This document shows, piece after piece, positions 12,727 through 31,466 of a stretch of DNA of 64,000 bases (position 1 is the stretch's first letter; every line of letters starts with the position of its first letter). Made by a program: the position numbers and the translations under genes. The notes under the pieces are model-generated. The model saw only the letters and a list, made by a program, of their open reading frames with translations. It did no database searches and was not told the DNA's origin. This DNA comes from Amoebidium appalachense (lineage: Eukaryota > Protista > Ichthyosporea), in NCBI GenBank assembly GCA_963693365.1, contig CAVNZM010000002.1, forward strand, positions 12,580,328-12,644,327, in the 5' to 3' direction.

Positions 12727-13877
12727 ACCTGGCTTGAATTTTTACCGGGAGAGAACCGAGCAATTAAATCATTTACAATGGTTGCCATATGATATTGTGA
12801 CGATACACACACACGAGAAAATTTGGAGACGTCTTGTATTTGTCCCATTGTACATTTTTATGAGAGGATTTTTTTTTTCTTAACAGATTTGTTCTCAAAC
12901 GAGTGAATGCCTTTTCCACTTATGTCGAGTCGAGGATTAAAAATTAAATATAAAGACAGCCAGACACTCACACAAAGCACATCACAAAGCGCACATGTAT
13001 CAGTGTACATGTGTACATACACGCATGCTGTGCGCACATGCACATGTACAACTCCATGTACACCAACCAATGCACCGCACAGCATACAACACACACATGC
13101 GACACATTTCAAGAGGAATAAAACAGGCTTTAAACACTTAGTGTAACCAAGTGCCCCCCCCCCCCCCCCCCCCCCCCTTTCTGGCGGGGGGGGGGGGGGG
13201 GGGGGGGGGGGGGGAAGAAAGAAAAAGAGCCCTAATTAGTCAACATTGCAATTATACAATAAATGTAAGAATCACCAAGGCATCCATCACTGCTGCGTGT
13301 CGCCAAGACGCCCTGAAAATTTACGCGGCGCCGTCATGAACACCGCGGCGTGCAACTGCAGAATATCAATGCCATTCAATTTGGGCTAGGAGACGTGCCA
13401 CGGTGTTCCCGCTGAGTCAGTTTCCGTTACAGTACAGTGGTTAGGTGCATGTGTTCGGTCAAGGTCGCCCGGTTCACGGCCTTGGGTTCCGAGGCCCGTG
13501 CACGCCGGTTGCGGGCTCTGCCCAGATACCTATGTAATATTTGTCGGCCAGTGGGTGAAACAGAGACTGAATACAACCATCATGTCATGTACATGTATGT
13601 CCATGCGCACAGTACCTGAGCTGAAATTTCTGCAAATGCGCAAATTTTATGAAACCCTTCTGGAAACAAGGCCCTTCACTGCGCCTGGTACCTGTTTGGA
13701 AAAAATAACAGTTTTAGCCTGTTACATAGCTGCTGTATCAGACGACGGTATGGCCGTTGTAGCATGACCACGGAACATGAGTTGTGACCGCAACGTGTGT
13801 ACGCGTGTGTAAAAACCAACCCGTGCCCGGCAACTGTTACGATCGAAGTGATGTCATGATCATGACAGGAGCAAGAG

Positions 13878-14065
13878 AGCCCCGGGGCACATAAGGAAGA
13901 TCCCTGACGTAACCCGCCTAAAAACACAGTATTTAATAAGTTATCACTAAAACAAAAATGTAACACAAACCCAACAACCACAACCCTATGGGCCCGAGGC
14001 GGGAGGGCTGCCGGCCCCACAGCCCCACGCTAGAGGGGCCAGCCTGAGGGCCCCTTGATGTCGCT
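13878..14065 (+). repeat. Dispersed ~190-bp repeat ending in GC-rich hairpins, copy 1 (probable non-autonomous element)
   Basis: Colinear similarity with 49170-49354: A-rich middle, AACCC-like units, then GGGCTGCCG..CCC..CGCTAGAGGGGCC-loop-GGCCCCTT.ATGTCGCT. Confidence 0.7.
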
Positions 14066-14346
14066 CAGGTATGGGCGGGAAGTTCGTGTTCGTGTTCGTG
14101 TGAAGTTGCGCGCCGATATCTGGACTACACATGACATATAAAAAACAGCCAGACACCACAAAGCGGACATTCTCACATTGATGTATGCATGTTGCGCACA
14201 CACGTACAAAAAGATGTATGCTTGCACCACTCCTTGAATATATATACAGGATATTAAATTAAACGTGTGCGCACAGAGGATACTGTGGAAACTGTACAGC
14301 TGTGCATGTGTGCTTGCACGGGCCCGCCGTGGTCGCGACCAGCACC

Positions 14347-17300
14347 ATGGCACTGCGACAGAGGGGTAACGAGGCCTCTAAACGGCAGGACTACTCGACG
14401 GCCATTCAGGTAAATAAAACCCAAGCTTGTGATATGCCTTTGATACTACCATATATATATCGCCGGTGGGAGAGACCAAGTTTATGCTTTGTTTGCCTAT
14501 CAGTTTTAAAAAAAACACTGAGCAGCATGGGGACGCACGTATGTACGTGCTAAGGCCTGCCATGCACATGCTTAATCAGACACTTCAAGGCGTGCGCTAC
14601 ATTATGCCCGCATGCATATTCTACATTTTTATAATAATAAAAATACGCATACATCGACACACACTCGCACAGAGAGACAGAGAGATAGAGGCAGGGATAG
14701 AGAGAGAAAGAGCTCGAGAGGGAAGGGAGGGGGGAGGGGGGGGTGGGGGTGGGGGGGAAGAGAGAGGGATCTATAGAAAGGTTTAGATTGAGAGAGAGCT
14801 CAAGAGAAAGAGAGGGAGAGGGAGACGCAGGCAGAAAGAGTGAGCGAGGGAGAAAAAATGTAGGAGAAAGAGATGGCGAAAGAGAAAGAGGGAGAGAGAA
14901 AGAAATCAATGACACGCATGTAAGTTGCACACTGGTGCAGCACACACACACACACACACAAACCTGAGGTGGACACTCACAACCATTGCCCACATGCTCA
15001 TGTACTGCAACACCCCCCTCCCTCCCTCCCCCCCCCCCCCCCTCCACATCCCGTACTGGCTACCACGGAAACAACCAACCAGCACGAATGTAGGTTTATG
15101 TTGTAACTCTCAACCCAGTTACTTACACACAAAACATCTGCAGCTTTACACCGAAGCCATGCAAATTAAAGAGAGCCCACCAGCGGCGCTTTACAGCAAC
15201 CGGTCAGCATGCCACTTCCACCTGAGCCAATATGACGAAGCTCTGAAAGACGCAACGGCATGTGTCACTGCTGACCCCTTATTTGCCAAGGGCCATTTCC
15301 GTATGGCAGCCGCCGCATCTGCCCTCGGGAAAAACACTGTTGCTGCACAGGCACTCCTTCAAACAGATGACCCAACACTTCACGAGATATACGAGAAAGT
15401 TCGGCCTGCAAAAGTTTCCAAAGTCCCACTTCGTGTGCATGTTGTGCGAACGAGCAAGTCCCTCCAATTGCAAAACACGTGCTTCCAACCATACCCACTC
15501 GTGGCTATAATGCCCGGGGAGTACACCATAGCGCAGTTAAGGCTATACCACAATAAGGTGTGTGTCGGGTTGGGCAATCCACACATCACATCATTAACCG
15601 ACCACATTTTTTTACGCCATTGAATCCTACGTCGCTCTAGGGGGCCTGACACTAACAGACGGACAAGCAACCGTGGTCGTACAGGGGAACAAGTAGGAGC
15701 TGAGCATGACGGGGTGTCGGGTCGAGGGGAGCGGAGGAGCGGGGGTGCTTGTGGTGGAGGGGTCTAGGGGGACGGTGGAGGACTGTGTGATAGTGCGGGG
15801 GAAGTTTGCTGCCGTGGAGGTTCGTCATGGGGCACAGGTGGGTTTTCATGACCAAGTATTGGGGGACCTGGGCATTCCGGCCCCCCCCCCCCCCCCCCCC
15901 CCCCCTCCCCCCTCCCCCCTTCCCTCCCCTCCTCCCCCTCCCCCCGTTTTTCCCTGCAGAAGGATGAAAGGACCCCCTCCCTTCCCTCTCTAACCCCCCT
16001 TCCCCACCTCTTCCCCGGCCCATTCCCCCTTCTGCCCCAGCAAGGCAAAGATGTCACACACAACATATTCGTTATATGCAAGGGAATGCAAGAAAGCACA
16101 CGCGCAGGCAATCATACATACTTGCATACATCTGGCCATGGCCACGCCTGTGCACTGCTATACACAAGCTTGGACGTGCACGCAGGTGCACACCCACGTA
16201 CGTGCACGTGCAGACATAGTGACACGTGCATGGGCCAACTCATCCATGCGCATGCGAATGAGGGGGCACACCACACGCACAAACATGGCATCTGTTCAAC
16301 GTACACACATGCACACACACAGGTCTACATGCCTGCACGGGCACACACATATAATTTATGTATCAACGGAAACACACACGTTCACCGTATGCACATAGGC
16401 ACATGCGCACATGTATGCACGCAGATATGCACTCGCGCAAGCACATGCATGCACACACCAACACACATGCAACCATATACACACATAGGTAGGCGCTTAC
16501 TCAGACACAGTGATGATTCCCCTCTACATCCACACGTGACCCCCCCCCCCCCTCCCCCTCTTCCTCCCCTCCCACACCCGCCCCGACCTCCCCCCTCCCC
16601 CCTCCCTCACCCACCCACACACACACACACAAACCTCCCCAACACACACCCATTGCATAACCTACGCACCTACATACTCAGGCTGTGGTGCGGGGGACCC
16701 AACTCAGCAACAACAGGCAGGGGGGGTTGGTGTGGGAGAAAGCAACCAGCGCCGTTTTCGAGCACTGTACCATCAGCAACAACTTAGCAGAGGGACTGCT
16801 TTTGGATGGGGCACACCAAAACGCCGCCACACGCATGCAGGCGCGTCTTCCCGGCCCTGGGCGCCAATACCCAACGATGAACGCTGAAGGGGCCTATACA
16901 CCACCTAACGCACCCACCACAGTTCGGCTTTTCTCCAATACAATTTGCAACAATGCACACTATGGAATTACGCTGGATCACGGATGCGTGGCGGAGGTTG
17001 AACAAAACACGGTGGAGAAAAGCGGCCGGCATGGAATTTTCATCAAAGGGGAAACATCAGTGCGGTTGGTTGGAAGCGTGGTTCGCGAAAACCGTGAGGC
17101 GGGGGTCCAAGTTGGTGTAAATTACGACGGGGAGGTGGTGATGGTCGGGAACACGGTGGAGAAAAACCGCAAGGGGAATTTCGTCGAAGAGCGCACTATG
17201 TTTTCGCGGATGGGAATTCCCTCGTACATGTATTCACGCCCTGTGGTGGTGCATGCTGATAATAAGATTGTGGGGTGGGCTGGAAAGGTTACTCCTACCA

Positions 17301-18187
17301 CAACCACCACCACCACCACCATGGCAGTTGACCAATCCGATGCGAGCATTATTGCGGCCCCGCACCAGACAGAAGAGATTGGGGAGTGCAAAGGGTGTGG
17401 AAAGACAGTGGGTGAGCTAGGGAGACCCATGCAGAGGTGTGCGCGGTGCAAGGTGATTGGCTATTGCAACAGAGACTGCCAGCGCAGCGATTGGCCGACA
17501 CACAAGATCACGTGCCGCAGCGGCGACCCCACACAAAACCAAACACAACACATCACGTCAACCACTACCACTCCTACACCTACACCACCCGTCACCGCCA
17601 CAACACCCACCACCACCACCACAGGATTGACATCCGTCGCAACCGCCAAAACCACCGCCGCTCACCCACCACTCTCTGTGCAACCAACAACAACACTCAC
17701 CACCACTACCAACGTGGAGATAGAAGTTCCGCTAAACATTGCTCGACGTGTGCTGTTTGAATACCTACCCTACACCTATCCAATGGGAAACACACCTGCA
17801 TATGACATGACGGAGGGAGTTGTGTGTTTGGGTGAGGATGGGGAGTGGACGGTGATGGGGGAGGAAGGGGAGGAAGGGCGGGGTGAGTTGGAGGGGGGCA
17901 AAGGGGGAGATGAGGTTCGGTGCTATCTTGGTGGGTTGGGGGATGTGAGGAAGATATTGGAAACGGTGTGGGGTGTTACGCAGCGCGGGGCACCGCGAAA
18001 TGTTCTTTTTGTTGCCAACGATATACAGGTGAGTCCTGGTGTTGTGTGTGTATGGGGGGGGTTATATGTAGGTGTGCTTGGCCTTATATGGATTGAACAA
18101 AACAAAAGACAATGCACGTCTAAAAGGTACCAATGTATAATCTACGTGCACGCAGGATGTCGGTGTGTATGTGGGCGAGCTCTGGCA

Positions 18188-18255
<68 letters not shown>

Positions 18256-19189
18256 CGTGTGTTTCATTTTTCTTTTTATTTTCACTTGCGCACACATGTG
18301 CGTGTGTGTGTGTGGGTGCACGTGCATGTGTGTGTATGCTCGTTCGCGTGCTGTGTGGGTGTGTGCGGGTGTATGGGGGCCTTTTGTATAATAGTGTGTG
18401 TGTGTGTGTGTGTGTGCAAGTTATATGCAGGTGTGTGTAGTCGTGGGTGTTGTGTTGAACTCAATCGAAGTTGTGAGTGTGTGTGCGTTTATATGCGAGT
18501 ACACATAGGCTTTTGCAGTGTGTGTGGGGTGCATATGTGTTTGTGTGAGCATGACGGGATCCTCGATAAGTTGTAAACACATGTGCACCTGGATAGTTGC
18601 TATATCAATGTGGATGTGTGGCTCTGATTGCAAGAAGAGTGTATGTGTGTGTGCGCGCGCGCATGTGTGTGGTGGTGGTGGTGGTGGTGGTGGGGGGGGG
18701 GGGGGGGGGGGGGGGGGGGAGGAGGGGGTAGGATACAGATACAAAGATTTACCGTAAGGTGTCGAGTGGTCTTTACTTGGTGCCTGGTGAGCTTCTGCAA
18801 TTTTTTTTTCGTATGTGTATAAGTTTAGTTGGTGCGCTGTTCTGCGGCGTTGATTGTGTTGGGGGGGGATGGAGGGGGGGTGGGGGGGGGGGGTGGGAGG
18901 ACGAGGGGGGGGAGGGAGGGGGGGGGGGGGGGGGGGGGGCAGTGATGAGTTTCAGGTGGAAGGGTGTGAGGGTGTGTGCATGGACGGTGGTGGTGGTGGT
19001 TGGTCAGGGGAGGGTGGGTGGGTGGGTGGGTGGGGTGGTGGTGGTGGTGGGGGGGGGGGGGAGGGACTTGGAGGAGGAGGAAAGGGCGAAGATTAGTTTG
19101 AGGGAGGCTTAGAAGCAGAAGCTCAGTACTGTTATATCATTGGAATATGTTGGTTGGTTTGGTAAGGAGGCTGTGTTTTCCTGCCGGGC

Positions 19190-19225
<36 letters not shown>

Positions 19226-21563
19226 GGGGGGGGGGGGGAGGGGGGGGGGGTAAATGTGTATCAGGGCTCTTGAGCATCTTGGTGCTGCACGATCTTGAAT
19301 CACACACGTGCACATACACACAAACGGCACGCAAGCACACAAACACGTGCCCACACTCACGCACACGCATACACGAACACACACAGGAACACGGATACGC
19401 ACACACACGTGCACACACAAGCACACACACTCGCACATGTACGTCATACATGCACAACACACATGCCCGTGCACCTACGCACACACAAACCAACACAGCA
19501 CACAGAGGTTAAATGGACACAACCACACACCATGTGCTCACACACGCCGTATCGACCATACCATAATATTATTTACACACCGGCACCGATGACCCCCTTC
19601 CTCTCTATTCACACATTCACCCAATGACCCCCCTATCCCCCCCCCCCCCTCCCCCCCCCCCCCCGCCCCCAACCATCACCACCACCACCCCCAACCCTTT
19701 CTAAACCACCCCAATCCGAGAACCCTTCACCTGCTTTCCCCTCTGTCTCCCCCCCTTGTCCTCCAATCCCCAAATAGCATCATATGCCATATCTGCCATT
19801 TTTGGTTACCCTACTCATGAATTGATTGGCTCTTATTTCTCCAGATTGGCATCTTGGCACGGGCTGCACTCCTGCTCTACATGGTGTCTACCCTCCCCGA
19901 CCCCACGACCCAACGCAATCTATATATGGAGGGTGTGAGCACTCTGGCGGCCGTGTGGGGCTCACACACCCTCACCCCCACCCAACGCCATCGATTGGAC
20001 GCGGCACTTAACGAATTAATTCGATTGGTTGCCGCAGACGGCGGCGGTGTGGGCACGTGGTTAGTTGTGCGGGACACGGTGCTAAGGGAGCATTTGATTG
20101 GTGCGTGGAAGCAGTGGCTCACGTGCACCATATCAGCGGAAGACATTCTAGAGCAGCGTAGAAGCGGAATGACACCCCACGCACGCAAATTCGCGACGCG
20201 CATGGCGAATGAAAAACTGCGCGAGTGCGGGCTGAAACAACAAAAACAAAAACAGGCCGACCCAGACCCATCACTCACCACCTACGCAAACGAAGGAAAA
20301 TTGGTTCCCCCGCCGTCGTTGGACACATTTCTCATCGGCGGGAAAGGTGGCAACAGTTCAGAAATGCGCGCCAACACAACGCTTTTGTCGGCCCCGTCGC
20401 TGCGGTATGACGTGCACTACGGCAGTATGGTGTATAACACGTTCGACCTTACCAGCGCACCTCTGGAGAAAGAGCTCCAGGGCGCCCCAAACACCCCCTA
20501 TACCCGCCTGCTAGCGGTGTTGCTATCGCGGTGTGAATGCATGCGTGCGGCGATGCAAAATGTCGCTTTTGGCACAACGGCAAATTTGAACGGACAAATC
20601 AGTGTGAAGATCGAGCTGCGACACGGCGACGCACTCACAGACCTCATGTGTGGGTTGGGTGGGGATAAAAATAGTCTGTTTGATGCGATTGATATGAGCA
20701 ACATCGCTGATAACGTCTCCCTCCCGAACGTGCTGCTGGCCGCGTGCCCGCACCTACGCACACGTCACTCGCGTCTTTACGTGCAGATTATGCATTGGGA
20801 TAAAAACGAATGCAAAATGCGGGATGATATCACGCGCGAGATGGGGGGGTCGGTGGTACAGCGGTTGATGCGAGAGTGGGTGGGGTTCGACGTGGCGGAG
20901 GTGCGAGAGGTAGGCGACGCAAACAGGCACATACACTCCGTGTGGACAAAAACCCCCCTCGACCTGAAATTTCAACCGACACCAGGGTCAACAGTGCGAG
21001 AGAGCGTCGAGAACATTATTCGTGCGTGGGTGGACCACACACCTACTTATGGGGAAAAGCATCGTTTCACCACCGTCCTATCAATTCTCCGATTTCTCCA
21101 CCTCACCGCCACACACCACGGAACCGACCTCATTGAACCAATCATTTCCACCTTGTGCAAAAACCCACCAACGGAGCTAAAACCGCACGTGCAAGAACTC
21201 GCCACCTACGCTGCGCTTTTACGTATTCCCGGTGCACCCCCTACCGTCACGCGAAATTCGCTGCGGCTGTGCAGTGCGGTTTTGACTCTAGTTCCGACTA
21301 TGTTAGGTGCGGGGACGGCGGTGTTGCGTGTGTGCATACGCCCACCACACATAGCGGACGAGTGCTGCGAAAAACCCCCACCACCCACCACCACCACGAA
21401 ATTTCAAGCCAAAAAACGACATGTGCAGTCCGCCACCACGCAAGAGCACGTGCACTTGAACGTTCTGCGCTATGACGTGCACATGGGACGGGTAACGTTT
21501 TTGGTGGAATCTGATTGGTTGAAGAGCCACGGGCGCAATAGAAATATATATGGTAAACGTTAA
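14347..21563 (+). CDS. TPR + right-handed beta-helix + MYND zinc finger + DUF4470-like multidomain protein (possibly disrupted)
   Basis: Exons 14347-14409, 15144-(15557), (15697)-15837, 16682-18028, 19845-21563. TPR: LRQRGNEA..DYSTAIQLYTEAM..LYSNRSACH..YDEALKDA..KGHFRMA. Beta-helix coils: CTISNNLAEG, NTICNNAHYG, VRENREAG. MYND: CKGC..CARCKVIGYCNRDCQRSDWPTHKITC. DUF4470-like: YPMGNTPAYD, GLGDVRKILETV, NDI..LAR, FDAIDMSNIAD. Segment 15558-15696 is ambiguous (see findings). Confidence 0.8.
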
Positions 21564-22459
21564 CGCGTTCCGATTGGTAGAAGGATCTGATCGCGGTCAG
21601 ATAAGAGATGTGGCTGATGCACATGCACAACATAATCTGAAATATAAATAACGTCATTAATATAATCAAGTAATCAAACAATTCTGCAAGATTTGCGTTG
21701 TAGAGTCTCCATGTGTGGACTATGAAAATGGTTGACTCAAGAGTTCATTGGCGCCTCTGCTCACTGACGACTCCAGTGTTTGTTCGTACGTTTTTCAGCG
21801 TGTTTTCTACCTACTAGTTATTGTTAGTCTTTTTTTGCTTTAGCTTCCAACTAGAATCTCTAGGCCTGTCCTTAACTATCAGTGAAGTTAACCTATTCTT
21901 CCTAGTATTATTATCTTTTGGATTCGGTTATATATAGCGCTTGAGAATCGCCCTGTTTTAGCTACTCGTGCAGCGTTATTTGTTGGAGCACTTTGTGTGC
22001 AAACGATCATAATGAAAAGTACATGCACGTATTTAGCCACTTTTTCTGGTGAAACCGCAACCTCTGCCGAGAAAATTGAAACCGCTCTTACCTCGTTTTG
22101 GTGCACGAGTTGCACATCTGTTGTACTTACAAATTTGTTCACACCTCACTATTCATGGACACATTGGCTTTCCCGATGCAACCGGGAAATTTTTTTTAAG
22201 GAAGCAGCACGGATTAGCAAGAACGATCGACGCTTGGGACTGGTCCAGAACCCTTTTCAGTCCAAGAGAAGGTGATTGAGACACATTTCGTCGTAGCTTG
22301 AGATGCCATAACCGGGATCTAAGAACATCAGATCTGGAGGCTTCCTTTTCTTGTTTTCCTCCTTGTGCTGGTTCCCTTGAAGAAAGTCAATTACGTTTTC
22401 ATGAGACTTTTCTTTCCAGTCTTGCAATATTTGAAACCTCGCTGGTTGCAGCAACAATC

Positions 22460-29681
<7,222 letters not shown>

Positions 29682-30892
29682 GCAAAACTCCTCCCTGCGA
29701 TTGGTGGATTACCACGCACCTATCTTGCCCATTGTATATGTGGGATGATTCTGTTTTTTGTTTTTTTGTTTTTTTTTTTTGGCGGGGGGGGGAGGGGGGG
29801 GGGATGGGAGATTGGCTTTTTCTGGTTTAGTGGTGGTGGTGGGGGAGGAAGGCGGGGATGGAGAGGGAGGGGGGGGGGGGGGAGGGGAGGGAGGAGGGGA
29901 GGGGGGGGGGGGGGGGGGGGAGGGGGGGGGACATTCTATTGTAACATGTTTGGCTGTGATCAAGTGCCAGCATTAACCTAACAGTGTCCTCCCACTCACT
30001 TAACGAGACCAAGAAAAAAGGCTAAATGGCGCGATATAACTCCAACACTGAAAGTTCCCTTTGCCCCTTTCTTTCCCAGCTTCCGTGGCACTTGTCGAAT
30101 GGTTATGTTGCTTTTTTTGTGGTTATATCTTCTACAGGTGAACTCTGTACACACGGCTTATTTATTTATTTATTTTTTAATTTTTTTGGTGAAATAGTGA
30201 TTGATAGTCTCTAACTAATACCCCCCCCCCCCCCCCCCCCCCAGCCCAACCCCAACCCCAATCTTCCTCTGTTATTACAGACCTTTTGTTCTGGTTGGTA
30301 GCAATTTATATCGGTTTTTTTTCTTTTTGGTTTTGTTTGTTTTATTGCTTGTGGTAGATACCTACATAACAGACGATTTATAAAGAAGCTCTCTGAACCT
30401 GCGTAAGGTAGACGTGTAAGATGTGATAGGTAGGAGACATGTGGAGACATCTGGTGGAACAAGTTGCTCTACTTAATTGTGATGGAATATGTTGCTCTGT
30501 GCACACACATGAATGTACAGTTTAAATGGAAGGTGAATAACCTTCAGGTATTTTCTACAAGAACTATAGCTAGAGATAAGTACTTTTTCCTGATATATAA
30601 GAACTGTAACTGAATGTGGTTTAGGTCGCGACCACTGTGTAGTGATACTGTCATTCAATGCACAGTGTGTGTGCTTATGATGACTTAGGAATTTCAACAA
30701 CAATTTAAACAGATCAAATGAATACAAAGATAAAATGAATGTGCATCGTATTCGTTCCGGTTTTGCTAGAGTTTCTTCGTTTGCACGCATTATGTCTTGT
30801 GCGTACGCGGCATAACCATAAGTGGGTGGTGGGGGAACGACGGATGTATGCATTTGCACGTGCATGATATAAGGCACAAAGCTAGCGCTTAA

Positions 30893-31192
30893 AGGGAGCT
30901 TCTTTTAGGTTTTCGGGCCGGGCCGGGCCAGAGGGAATTCTAGCTATATGATTGGGGTGCTGCGTATCAACTGCGCACCATCGTTTTGCCCGCAGCAAGG
31001 TTCAGATGCGCCATAATACATGTACAACAAAAAAGAAAAAGAAAGAGAAAAAAAAGAAATAAAGAAGGGAATAATAATAATAAAGCGTTCGAAAGAAAAT
31101 TGCAGCTCATATCGTGATTTATATGCTGAACAAATGGCTTGACCCGGATGTGCCGGAATGGGGACAATTAATCGGCCTAAAAGAAACCCCCT
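30893..31192. mobile_element. 300-bp Tourist/Harbinger-like MITE
   Basis: 17-bp TIRs AGGGAGCTTCTTTTAGG (30893-30909) and CCTAAAAGAAACCCCCT (31176-31192) with 2 mismatches, TAA directly outside both ends, no coding capacity. Confidence 0.7.
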
Positions 31193-31466
31193 TAATTAAC
31201 CGTCAACACTTTACAGGGGTGATGAGGGTACATGTGCAGCACTATTAAGGGATACGGGATCGCGCGGCTCGAATACTTTCTGGCGCCGCTCAGATCGATA
31301 TCTATCTGGATTGAGTGGGCTTGATCTGCCTATTGGGCACCTAAGATCGTGTGGCCGAGCTATACCATGTACACACGGCATGCCACACACGTGTCCGGAC
31401 AAAACTGCGCTGCACATTTTTCATGAAGGCGGGTTGTTTTCTAACTATATATGTTAGGCACTCACA

